DNA of 64,000 nt from NCBI RefSeq assembly GCF_009914755.1, contig NC_060940.1; one strand, 5' to 3'. The notes below the pieces were generated by a model. It was not told the DNA's origin, made no database searches, and saw only the letters and a list, made by a program, of their open reading frames with translations. Every line of letters starts with the position of its first letter. Position 1 is the first letter of the stretch. Source of the stretch: the human T2T-CHM13v2.0 reference genome, Homo sapiens. The position numbers and the translations under genes were made by a program. Of the stretch, positions 12,493-27,100 are shown piece after piece.

Positions 12493-15400
12493 GGTAGGGT
12501 CCATTCGATGTTGATTCCATTGGAGTGCATTCGATGATTCCATTCGAGTCCATTTTATGATTTGATTCGAGTCCTTTCGATGATTCCATTCGATTCCACT
12601 CGATGATGATTTCATTCGAGTCCATTCGACACTTCCAATCGATTCCATTTGATGTTTCCATTCGAGTCCAATTGATGATTCCATTCAATTCCATTCGATG
12701 ATGATTCCGTACGATTCCATTCTGTGATGATTCCCTGTGATTCCATTCAATGATGATTCCTTTAGATTGCATTCAATTGTGATTCATTTCGTCTTCATTC
12801 TATGGTTCCACAGGTTTCCATTCGTGTCCATTCCATTATTCCATTCTATTCCATTTGATGATGATTCCATTCGATTCCATTCATTGGTGATTCCACTCAA
12901 TTCCATTCAATGATTCCATTCCATTTCTTTCAACAATGATTCCATTAGTTTCTAATCGATGATCCACTTGATTCCATTTGACGACGATTCCATTCTTGTC
13001 CATTCGATGATTCCATTTGATTCCATATGATGATGATTCCATTCGATTCCATACCATGATGATTCCATTCGAGTCCATTCAATGGTGATTCCATTCAATT
13101 CCATTCGATGATTCCTTTCGATTCCATTCGATGATGATGGCATTCGATTCCTTTCAATCATTCCCTTTGATTCCATTCAAAGGTGATTTCATTCAAGTCC
13201 ATTCGATAATTGCATTCGATTCCATTCTATGATGATTCCATTCGAGTCCATTTGATGATTCCATTCAATTCAAGTCAATGATGATTCCATTCGATTCCAT
13301 TCGATGATTCCATTGGATTCCATTCGATGATGATTCCATTCAAATCCATTCGATAATTCAATTCAAGTCCATTCGATGATGATTAAAATCGAATCCATTC
13401 AAAGATTCCATTCAGTTCCATTCGATGATTCCCTTAGATTCCATTCGATGATTCCACTTGATTTCATTTACGATGATTCCATTCGATTCCACGTGATGAT
13501 TCCATTCAATTCTATTCAATGCTGTTTCCATTTGATTCCATTCGACCATGATTGCCTTTGATTCCATTCAATGACTCCATTCGGTTCCTTTTGATGATGA
13601 TTCCGTTCGATTCCATTTGATGATTCCATTTGATTCCATTGGATGAGTCCATTCGATTACATTCGATGATTATTCCATTCGAGTGCATTAGATGATTCCA
13701 TTCGAGTCCATTCGATGATTCCATTCGATTCCATTCGATGTTGATTCTGTTCAAATCCATTCGATGATTCCACTCGATTCCATTCGATGACTCCAGTTGA
13801 TCCCATTCGATGATTTCCTTTGATTCCCTTTGATGATCATTCCATTTGATTCAATTCGGTGATTTCATTTGATTCCATTCAGTGATGTTTCCATTCGACT
13901 CCATTCGATGATGATTCCATTCGACTCCATTCGATTATGATTTCATTCAATTCCATTCGATAATGATTCCCTTCGAGTCCATTCGATGATTCCATTCGAT
14001 TCCATTCAACGATGATTTGATTCGTGTCCATTCGATGATTCCATTTGATTCCACTTGATGATGATTCCATTCGAGTCCATTTGATGATTCCATTCAATTC
14101 CATTCTCCGATGATTTCTTTTGAGCCCATTCAATGCTTCCACTCGATTCCATATGATGATGACTCCATTCGATGAAATTCGATGATGATTCCCTTTGATT
14201 CCATTCAAAGATGATTCCATTCTAGCCCATTCAATCATTCCATTCGATTCTATTCAATGATGATTCCATTCATGTCGATTTGGTGATTCCATTTGACTTC
14301 ATTTGATGATGATTCCTTTCAAGTTCATTAGATGATTCCATTCGATTCCATTTGATGATGATCCCATTCGAGTCCATTCAGTGATTCCACTCGTTTCCAT
14401 TCCATGATGATTCCATTCCATTCCATTCAATGATTCCATTCGATTCCGTTTGATGATGATTTCATTCGAGTCCATTTGATGATTCCATTTGATTCCATTC
14501 GATGATGATTCCATTCGAGTCCATTCGATGATTCTATTCGAATCCATTTGATGATTTCTTTTGATTATAGTTGGTGATGATTCCATTGGAGTCCATTCAA
14601 TGATTCCATTCGATTCCAATCGATGGTGATTCCATTAGAGTCCATTTAATGATTCCATTTGATTCCAGTCTCTGATGATTACATTCGAGTCCATACGATG
14701 ATTCCACTCAATTCCATATGATGATGATTCCATTCGATTCCATTCGATGATTCCATTCTATTCTATTCAATGGTGATTCCATTCGAGTACATTAGATGAT
14801 TCCATTCGATTCCATTCAATGATGATTCTATTTGTGTCCCTTAGATGATTCCACATGATTCCATTAGATGATGATACTATTTGAGCCCATCCAATGATTC
14901 CCTTCGATTCCATTCGATGAGGATTCCATTCGATTCAATTCATTGGTGATTGTATTCAATTCAATTCTTTGATTCCATTCCATTCCATTCGACAATGATT
15001 CCATTCGATTTCTTTCGATGATTCCACTCGATTCCACTTGACATTGATTCCCTTCGATTCCATTCAATGATTCCATTTGATTCCAGTGGATGATGATTGC
15101 CATCGATTCCATTCGATCACTCCATTCTATTCCATTTGATGATGATTACATTCGATTCCATTTGACGATTCCATCTGATTCTATTCGAGGATTCCATTTG
15201 ATTCCATTCGATGATGATTCCATTCGAGTCCATTCGATGATTTCATTCGAGTACATCCAATGATTCCATTCGAGTCCATTTGATGATTCCATTTGATTCC
15301 ATTTGATAATGATTCTACTAGAGTCCATTCAATGACTCCATTGGAGTCCATTCAACAATTCCATTCGACTCCATTTGATGATTCCATTCGATTCCATTTG

Positions 15401-18034
15401 ATGATTCCATTCGAGTCCATTTAATCATTACAGTCGAGTCCATTTGGTGATTCCACCGGATTTCTTTTGATAATGATACCATTCAAATACATTTGATGAT
15501 GATCCCATTCAATTTCATTTGATGATGATTCCATTAGAGTCCATTCGATGATTTCATTCGAGTCCCTTCATTGATTCCATCCGATTTCATTGGATGATGA
15601 CTCCATTCGAGTCCATTCGATGATTCCACTCGATTCCATTAGATGATTCCATTGGAGTCCATTTGATTGTTCCATTCGATTCCATTCAATTCCTTTCGAA
15701 GATTATTCCATTTGAGTCCATTCGACGATGATTCCATTCCATTCCATTCGATGATTCCGTTTGATTCCATTCGATGATTCCCTTCGATTCCTTTCTTTGA
15801 TGATTCCATTCCATTCCATTCAATGATTCCATTCGAATCTATTCCATGATGATTCCTTTCGATTCCATTCGCTGATGTTTCCGTTCAATTCCATTCGATG
15901 ATGATTCCATTCGATTCCATTCATTGAGGATTCCATTTGATTCCATTCAATGATGATTCCGTTCTATTCCATTCAATGATTGCATTCAATTCCATTCAAT
16001 GATTATCCCCTTAGAGTAAACTCAACGATTCCATTCAATACCATTCGATGATGATTCCTTTTGAGTCCATTCAATGATTTCATTCAAGTCCATTTGATGA
16101 TTCCTTTCAATTCCATTCTATGATGATTCCATTCGAGTCCATTCGATGATTCCATTCGATTGCATTCGATGATTCCATTATATTCCAGTCAACGATGATT
16201 CCATTCGAGTCCATTCGATGATTCCATTAGAGTACATTTAATGATTGCTTTGTTTTCAATTCGAAGATGATTACATTGGATTCCATTCTATGATACCATT
16301 CGATTCCATTCAATGATGATTCCACTCAAATCCATTGGATGATTCCATTCGTGTCCATTCGGTGATTTCATTAGATTCCATTCGAGGATGATTCCATTCG
16401 ATTCCATTCGATGATTCCATTCAATTCCATTCGATGATGATTCCATTCCAGTCCATATGATCATTCCATTTGATTTCATTCGATGATGATTCCATTCGAT
16501 TCCATTCGATGATTCCATTCTATTCCATTCGATGATGATTCCATTCGAGTCCATTCGATGATTCCATTCGAGTCCATTTAATGATTCCATTGGGTTCAAT
16601 TCAATGATGATTACATTGGATTCCGTTCTATGATTCCATTCAATTCCGTTCATAGACAATTTGATTCCATTCGATGATGATTCCATTTGAGTTCATTCGA
16701 TGATTCTATTCGATTCTCTTCGATGGTGATTCAATTCTATTATATTGGATGATTCCATTCGATTCCATTTGATGTTGATTCAATTCGATTCTATTCGATG
16801 ATGATTCCATTGGATTTCACTTGATGATTCTATTCGATTCCATTCAATGATGATTCACTTCTCGTCCATTGGATGATTCCATTTCATTCCATTCGATGAT
16901 GATTCCATTCGATTCCATTCGATGATTCCATTTGATTCCATGCGACGGTGAGCAATTCGATTCAATTCCATGATGATTCTATTTGATTCAATTAGATGAT
17001 GTTTCCATTCGAATCCATTCCATGATTATTCCATTGGAATCCATTTGGCGATGATTCCATATGAGTCAATTCAATGATGATTCCATATGGGTCCGTTCGA
17101 TGATAATTCCATTTGATTTCATTCGATGCTTCTATTCTATTCCAGTCGATGATGATTCCGTTGGAGTCCATACGATGATTCCATTTGATTTCATTTGATG
17201 ATGATTCCATTCGATGATGATTACATTGGATTCCATTCTATGATTCCATTCGATTCCATTCGTTGATGATTCGATTCCATTCAATGATGATTCCATTTGA
17301 GTTCATTCGATGATTCTATTCGATTCCGTTCGATGGTGATTCAATTCTATTATATAGGATGATTCCACTCGATTCCATTTGATGATTATTCCATTGGAGT
17401 CCACTTAGTGAATCCTTTAGATTCTACTCGAAGATGATTCCATTCGAGTCCATTCGATGATACCATTCAATTCCATTCGTTGATGCTTCCATTCAAGTGC
17501 ATTCGATGATATCATTCGATTCCATTTGATGATAATTCCATTTGATTCCATGCGATGATTCTATTCGATTCCATTCAATGATAATTCCATTCAATTCAGT
17601 GATTCCTCTGGACTCCATTTGATGATGATTCCATTCAATGATTCCATTCGATTCTATTCCAAAATGATTCCATTTGAATCCATTTGATGATGATTCCATT
17701 AGATTCCATTTGATGATTCCATTCGATTCCATTTGACGATGATTCCATTCGATTCCATTTGATGATTCCATTCTATTCTATTCGATGATGATTCCATTCG
17801 ATTCCATTTGATGATGATTGGATTCGATTCCATTTGATGATTTCATTTGATTCCATTCGTTAATGATTTCGATCAACTCCATTCGATGATTCCATTTGAT
17901 TCCATTCTATAATGATTACATCCGAGTCCATTCGATGATTCCATTTGAGCCCGTTCGATAATTCCATTTGAGTCCAATCAATGATTCCATTCATTTCCAT
18001 TCAATGATTCCATTCGAGTCCATTTGATCATTCT
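12493..18034 (+). repeat. 5542-bp variant unit (unit 3) with a 570-bp internal deletion
   Basis: Landmark spacing 5542; junction at 14177-14192 joins canonical 2045-2060 to 2615-2630. Confidence 0.9.
16984..16994 (-). promoter_or_regulatory. Putative DUX4 binding motif TAATTGAATCA
   Basis: Homologous intact copy. Confidence 0.6.
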
Positions 18035-21000
18035 GGTAGGGTCCGTTCGATGTTGATTCCATTGGAGTGCATTCGATGATTGCATTCGAGTCCATTTTAG
18101 GATTTGATTCGAGTCCTTTCGATGATTCCATTCGATTCCACTCGATGATGATTTCATTCGAGTCCATTCGACACTTCCAATCGATTCCATTTGATGTTTC
18201 CATTCGAGTCCAATTGATGATTCCATTCAATTCCATTCGATGATGATTCCGTACGATTCCATTCTGTGATGATTCCATGTGATTGCATTCAATGATGATT
18301 CCTTTAGATTGCATTCGATTGTGATTCATTTCGTCTTCATTCTATGGTTCCACAGGTTTCCATTCGTGTCCATTCCATTATTCCATTCTATTCCATTTGG
18401 TGATGATTCCATTCGATTCCATTCATTGGTGATTCCACTCAATTCCATTCAATGATTCCATTCCATTTCTTTCAACAATGATTCCATTAGTTTCTAATCG
18501 ATGATCCACTTGATTCCATTTGACGACGATTCCATTCTTGTCCATTCGATGATTCCATTTGATTCCATATGATGATGATTCCATTCGATTCCATACCATG
18601 ATGATTCCATTCGAGTCCATTCAATGGTGATTCCATTCAATTCCATTCGATGATTCCTTTCGATTCCATTCGATGATGATGGCATTCGATTCCTTTCAAT
18701 CATTCCCTTTGATTCCATTCAAAGGTGATTTCATTCAAGTCCATTCGATAATTGCATTCGATTCCATTCTATGATGATTCCATTCGAGTCCATTTGATGA
18801 TTCCATTCAATTCAAGTCAATGATGATTCCATTCGATTCCATTCGATGATTCCATTGGATTCCATTCGATGATGATTCCATTCAAATCCATTCGATAATT
18901 CAATTCAAGTCCATTCGATGATGATTAAAATCGAATCCATTCAAAGATTCCATTCAGTTCCATTCGATGATTCCCTTAGATTCCATTCGATGATTCCACT
19001 TGATTGCATTTACGATGATTCCATTCGATTCCATGTGATGATTCCATTCAATACTATTCAATGCTGTTTCCATTTGATTCCATTCGACCATGATTGCCTT
19101 TGATTCCATTCAATGACTCCATTCGGTTCCTTTTGATGATGATTCCGTTCGATTCCATTTGATGATTCCATTTGATTCCATTGGATGAGTCCATTCGATT
19201 ACATTCGATGATTATTCCATTCGAGTGCATTAGATGATTCCATTCGAGTCCATTCGATGATTCCATTCGATTCCATTCGATGTTGATTCTGTTCAAATCC
19301 ATTCGATGATTCCACTCGATTCCATTCGATGACTCCAGTTGATCCCATTCGATGATTTCCTTTGATTCCCTTTGATGATCATTCCATTTGATTCAATTCG
19401 GTGATTTCATTTGATTCCATTCAGTGATGTTTCCATTCGACTCCATTCGATGATGATTCCATTCGACTCCATTCGATTATGATTTCATTCAATTCCATTC
19501 GATAATGATTCCCTTCAAGTCCATTCGATGATTCCATTCGATTCCATTCAACGATGATTTGATTCGTGTCCATTCGATGATTCCATTTGATTCCACTTGA
19601 TGATGATTCCATTCGAGTCCATTTGATGATTCCATTCAATTCCATACTCCGATGATTTCTTTTGAGCCCACTCAATGCTTCCACTCGATTCCATATGATG
19701 ATGACTCCATTCGATGAAATTCGATGATGATTCCATTCGCTTGCTTTCGATGATGATTCCACTTGAGTCTGTTAGAAGATTCTATTCAATTACATTCCAT
19801 GACGATTCCGTTCGAGTCCATTTGATGATTCCATTAGACTCCATTCGACGATGATTCCATTCGATGTTATTCGATGATTCCATTCGATCTCATTCGATGA
19901 TGATTCCATTCAACTCCATTCGATGTTTCCATTCGAGTTCATTCTATTTTTCCATTAGATTCCATTCGATGATGATTCCATTCGATTCCATTTGATGATT
20001 GCATTCTATTTCATTTGATGATGATTCCATTCGAGTCTACTCGATGATTCCATTCGAGTCCATTTAATGAATCCATTGGTTTCAATTCTATGATGATTAC
20101 ATTGGATTCCATTCGTTGATGATTTCATTCGGTTCCATTCAATGATGATTCTATTCAATTCCTTTCAATGTTTCCATTCAATTCCATACGATGATGATTC
20201 CATTTGATTTGTTTCGACAGTGAGCCATTCGATTCAATTCCATGATGATTCTATTTGATTCCATTGGTTGACATTTCCATTCGATTCCATTCGATGATGA
20301 TTCCCTTTGATTCCATTCAAAGATGATTCCATTCTAGCCCATTCAATCATTCCATTCGATTCTATTCAATGATGATTCCATTCATGTCGATTTGGTGATT
20401 CCATTTGACTTCATTTGATGATGATTCCTTTCAAGTTCATTAGATGATTCCATTCGATTCCATTTGATGATGATCCCATTCGAGTCCATTCAGTGATTCC
20501 ATTCGTTTCCATTCCATGATGATTCCATTCCATTCCATGCAATGATTCCATTCGATTCCGTTTGATGATGATTTCATTCGAGTCCATTTGATGATTCCAT
20601 TTGATTCCATTCGATGATGATTCCATTCGAGTCCATTCGATGATTCTATTCGAATCCATTTGATGATTTCTTTTGATTATAGTTGGTGATGATTCCATTG
20701 GAGTCCATTCAATGATTCCATTCGATTCCAATCGATGGTGATTCCATTAGAGTCCATTTAATGATTCCATTTGATTCCAGTCTCTGATGATTACATTCGA
20801 GTCCATACGATGATTCCACTCAATTCCATATGATGATGATTCCATTCGATTCCATTCGATGATTCCATTCTATTCTATTCAATGGTGATTCCATTCGAGT
20901 ACATTAGATGATTCCATTCGATTCCATTCAATGATGATTCTATTTGTGTCCCTTAGATGATTCCACATGATTCCATTAGATGACGATACTATTTCAGCCC

Positions 21001-24000
21001 ATCCAATGATTCCCTTCGATTCCATTCGATGAGGATTCCATTCGATTCAATTCATTGGTGATTCTATTCAATTCAATTCTTTGATTCCATTCCATTCCAT
21101 TCGACAATGATTCCATTCGATTTCTTTCGATGATTCCACTCGATTCCACTTGACATTGATTCCCTTCGATTCCGTTCAATGATTCCATTTGATTCCAGTG
21201 GACGATGATTGCCATCGATTCCATTCGATCACTCCATTCTATTCCATTTGATGATGATTACATTCGATTCCATTTGACGATTCCATCTGATTCTATTCGA
21301 GGATTCCATTTGATTCCATTCGATGATGATTCCATTCGAGTCCATTCGATGATTTCATTCGAGTACATCCAATGATTCCATTCGAGTCCATTTGATGATT
21401 CCGTTTGATTCCATTTGATAATGATTCTACTAGAGTCCATTCAATGACTCCATTCGAGTCCATTCAACAATTCCATTCGACTCCATTTGATGATTCCATT
21501 CGATTCCATTTGATGATTCCATTCGAGTCCATTTAATCATTACAGTCGAGTCCATTTGGTGATTCCACCGGATTTCTTTTGATAATGATACCATTCAATT
21601 ACATTTGATGATGATCCCATTCAATTTCATTTGATGATGATTCCATTAGAGTCCATTCGATGATTTCATTCGAGTCCCTTCATTGATTCCATCCGATTTC
21701 ATTGGATGATGACTCCATTCGAGTCCATTCGATGATTCCACTCGATTCCATTAGATGATTCCATTGGAGTCCATTTGATTGTTCCATTCGATTCTATTCG
21801 ATTCCTTTCGAAGATTATTCCATTTGAGTCCATTCGATGATGATTCCATTCCATTCCATTCGATGATTCCGTTTGATTCCATTCGATGATTCCCTTCGAT
21901 TCCTTTCTTTGATGATTCCATTCCATTCCATTCAATGATTCCATTCGAATCTATTCCATGATGATTCCTTTCGATTCCATTCGCTGATGTTTCCGTTCAA
22001 TTCCATTCGATGATGATTCCATTCGATTCCATTCATTGAGGATTCCATTTGATTCCATTCAATGATGATTCCATTCTATTCCATTCAATGATTGCATTCA
22101 ATTCCATTCAATGATTATCCCATTAGAGTAAACTCAAAGATTCCATTCAATACCATTCGATGATGATTCCTTTTGAGTCCATTCAATGATTTCATTCAAG
22201 TCCATTTGATGATTCCTTTCAATTCCATTCTATGATGATTCCATTCGAGTCCATTCGATGATTCCATTCGATTGCATTCGATGATTCCATTATATTCCAT
22301 TCAACGATGATTCCATTCGAGTCCATTCGATGATTCCATTAGAGTACATTTAATGATTGCTTTGTTTTCAATTCGAAGATGATTACATTGGATTCCATTC
22401 TATGATACCATTCGATTCCATTCAATGATGATTCCACTAAAATCCATTGGATGAATCCATTCGTGTCCATTCGGTGATTTCATTAGATTCCATTCGAGGA
22501 TGATTCCATTTGATTCCATTCGATGATTCCATTCAATTCTATTCGATGATGATTCCATTCCAGTCCATATGATCATTCCATTTGATTTCATTCGATGATG
22601 ATTCCATTCGATTCCATTCGATGATTCCATTCTATTCCATTCGATGATGATTCCATTCGAGTCCATTCGATGATTCCATTCGAGTCCATTTAATGATTCC
22701 ATTGGGTTCAATTCAATGATGATTACATTGGATTCCGTTCTATGATTCCATTCAATTCCGTTCATTGACAATTTGATTCCATTCGATGATGATTCCATTT
22801 GAGTTCATTCGATGATTCTATTCGATTCTCTTCGATGGTGATTCAATTCTATTATATTGGATGATTCCATTCGATTCCATTTGATGTTGATTCAATTCGA
22901 TTCTATTCGATGATGATTCCATTGGATTTCACTTGATGATTCTATTCGATTCCATTCAATGATGATTCACTTCTCGTCCATTGGATGATTCCATTTCATT
23001 CCATTCGATGATGATTCCATTCGATTCCATTCGATGATTCCATTTGATTCCATGCGACGGTGAGCAATTCGATTCAATTCCATGATGATTCTATTTGATT
23101 CAATTAGATGATGTTTCCATTCGAATCCATTCCATGATTATTCCATTGGAATCCATTTGGCGATGATTCCATATGAGTCAATTCAATGATGATTCCATAT
23201 GGGTCCGTTCGATGATAATTCCATTTGATTTCATTCGATGCTTCTATTCTATTCCAGTCGATGATGATTCCGTTGGAGTCCATACGATGATTCCATTTGA
23301 TTTCATTTGATGATGATTCCATTCGATGATGATTACATTGGATTCCATTCTATGATTCCATTCAATTCCATTCGTTGATGATTCGATTCCATTCAATGAT
23401 GATTCCATTTGAGTTCATTCGATGATTCTATTCGATTCCGTTCGATGGTGATTCAATTCTATTATATTGGATGATTCCACTCGATTCCATTTGATGATTA
23501 TTCCATTGGAGTCCACTTAGTGAATCCTTTAGATTCTACTCGAAGATGATTCCATTCGAGTCCATTCAATGATACCATTCAATTTCATTCGTTGATGCTT
23601 CCATTCAAGTGCATTCGATGATATCATTCGATTCCATTTGATGATAATTCCATTTGATTCCATGCGATGATTCTATTCGATTCCATTCAATGATAATTCC
23701 ATTCAATTCAGTGATTCCTCTGGAATCCATTTGATGATGATTCCATTCAATGATTCCATTCGATTCTATTCCAAAATGATTCCATTTGAATCCATTTGAT
23801 GATGATTCCATTAGATTCCATTTGATGATTCCATTCGATTGCATTTGACGATGATTCCATTCGATTCCATTTGATGATCCCATTCTATTCTATTCGATGA
23901 TGATTCCATTCGATTCCATTTGATGATGATTGGATTCGATTCCATTTGATGATTTCATTTGATTCCATTCGTTAATGATTTCGATCAACTCCATTCGATG

Positions 24001-24146
24001 ATTCCATTTGATTCCATTCGATAATGATTACATCCGAGTCCATTCGATGATTCCATTTGAGCCCGTTCGATAATTGCATTTGAGTCCAATCAATGATTCC
24101 ATTCATTTCCATTCAATGATTCCATTCGAGTCCATTTGATCATTCC
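18035..24146 (+). repeat. 6112-bp unit (unit 4), near-identical copy of unit 1
   Basis: All ORF translations are identical to unit 1 at offset +17674. Confidence 0.92.
23096..23106 (-). promoter_or_regulatory. Putative DUX4 binding motif TAATTGAATCA
   Basis: Homologous intact copy. Confidence 0.6.
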
Positions 24147-27100
24147 GGTAGGGTCCGTTCGATGTTGATTCCATTGGAGTGCATTCGATGATTCCATTCG
24201 AGTCCATTTTATGATTTGATTCGAGTCCTTTCGATGATTCCATTCGATTCCACTCGATGATGATTTCATTCGAGTCCATTCGACACTTCCAATCGATTCC
24301 ATTTGATGTTTCCATTCGAGTCCAATTGATGATTCCATTCAATTCCATTCGATGATGATTCCGTACGATTCCATTCTGTGATGATTCCATGTGATTGCAT
24401 TCCATGATGATTCCTTTCGATTGCATTCGATTATGATTCATTTCGTGTTCATTCTATGGTTCCACAGGTTTCCATTCGATGACGTTTCCGTTCGTGTCCA
24501 TTCCATTATTCCATTCTATTTCATTTGATGATGATTCCATTCGATTCCATTCATTGGTGATTCCACTCAATTCCATTCAATGATTCCATTCCATTTCTTT
24601 CAACAATGATTCCATTAGTTTCTATTCGATGATCCACTTGATTCCATTTGGCGATGATTCCATTCGTGTCCATTCGATGATTCCATTTGATTCCATATGA
24701 TGATGATTCCATTCGATTCCATACCATGATGATTCCATTCGAGTCCATTCAATGGTGATTCCATTCAATTCCATTCGATGATTCCTTCCGATTCCATTCG
24801 ATGATGATGGCATTCGATTCCTTTCAATCATTCCCTTTGATTCCATTCAAAGGTGATTTCATTCAAGTCCATTCGATAATTGCATTCGATTCCATTCTAT
24901 GATGATTCCATTCGAGTCCATTTGATGATTCCATTCAATTCAAGTCAATGATGATTCCATTCAATTCCACTCGATGATTCCATTGGATTCCATTCGATGA
25001 TGATTCCATTCAAATCCATTCGATAATTCAATTCAAGTCCATTCGATGATGATTCCAATCGAATCCATTCAAAGATTCCATTCAATTCCATTCGATGATG
25101 ATTCCCTTAGATTCCATTCGATGATTCCACTTGATTCCATTTACGATGATTCCATTCGATTCCATGTGATGAATCCATTCAATTCTATTCAATGATGTTT
25201 CCATTTGATTCCATTGGACCATGATTGCCTTTGATTCCATTCAATGATTCCATTCGGTTCCATTTGATGATGATTCCGTTCGATTCCATTTCATTATTCC
25301 ATTTAATTCCATTGGATGAGTCCATTCGATTACATTCGATGATTATTCCATTCGAGTGCATTAGATGATTGCATTCGAGTCCATTCGATGATTCCATTCG
25401 ATTCCATTCGATGTTGATTCTGTTCAAATCCATTCGATGATTCCACTCGATTCCATTCGATGACTCCATTTGATCCCATTCGATGATTTCCTGTGATTCC
25501 CTTTGATGATCATTCTATTTGATTCAATTCGGTGATTTCATTTCATTCCATTCAGTGATGTTTCCATTCGACTGTATTCGATGATGATTCCATTCGACTC
25601 CATTCGATTATGATTTCATTCAATTCCATTCAATAATGATTCCCTTCGAGTCCATTCGATGATTCCATTCGATTCCATTCAACGATGATTTGATTCGTTT
25701 CCATTCGATGATTCTATTTGATTCCACTTGATGATGATTCCATTCGAGTCCATTTGATGATTCCATTCGAGTCTATTTATGTATTATATTCGTGTCCACT
25801 TCATGATTCCATTCAATTCCATTTAATGTTGATTCCATTTGATTCCATTTGATGATTCAGTTCGATTCCTTGCAATGATTCCCTACGATTCCTTTCTCTG
25901 ATGATTCCATTCGATTCCATTCATTGATGATTTCATTCGACTCCATTCGATGATGATTCCTTTCGATTCCATTTGACGATGTTTCCATTCGAGTCCATTC
26001 GATGATGATTCTATTCAATTCTGTTCTATTATGATTCCATTCGATTTCATTCAATGTTTCTATTTGATTCTATTCGATGATGATTCCATCTCTTTCCCTT
26101 CGATGATTCCTTTTGATTCCATTCAGTGATGATTCCATTTGATTCCATCTGATGATGATTTCACTTGATTCCTTTCAATGATGATTCAATTCAAGTCCAT
26201 TCGATGATTCCATTGGAGTCCAAACGATCATTCCGTTCGATTCCATTCAATGGTGATTCCATTCATGTCCATTCGATGAATCCATTCAATTCCATTCGAT
26301 GATGACTCCATTCGAGTACATTCGATGATTCCATTTGATTCCATTTGAAGATGATTCCATTCAATTCCATTCGAAGATGATTCCATTCAATTCCATTCGA
26401 TGATGATTCCGTATGAATCCATTCTCTGATTATTCCATTCGATTCCATTCATTGACGATTCCATTCAATTCCATTCAATGATGATTCTCTTCTATTCCAT
26501 TCGATGATTCCGGTCGATTCCATTCGATGATGATTCCATTAGATTCCATTCGATTGTTGCATTCGATTCCCTTCGATGATGATTCCTTTGAATTCCATTC
26601 GATTATCATTCCGTATGAATCCATTTGATGATTATTCCATTGGATTCCTTTCGATGATGATTCCATTCGAGTCCATTCGATGATTCTATTCGAATCCATT
26701 TGATGATTTCTTTTGATTATAGTTGTTGATGATTCCTTTGGAGTCCATTCCATGATTCCATTCGATTCCAATCGATGATGATTCCATTAGTGTCCATTTA
26801 ATGATTCCATTTGATTCCAGTCTCTGATGATTACATTCGAGTCCATACGATGATTCCACTCAATTCCATATGATGATGATTCCATTCGATTCCATTCGAT
26901 GATTCCATTCTATTCTATTCAATGGTGATTCCATTCGAGTACATTAGATGATTCCATTCGATTCCATTCAATGATGATTCTATTTGTGTCCCTTACATGG
27001 TTCCACATGATTCCATTAGATGATGATACTATTTGAGCCCATCCAATGATTCCCTTCGATTCCATTCGATGAGGATTCCATTCGATTCAATTCATTGGTG

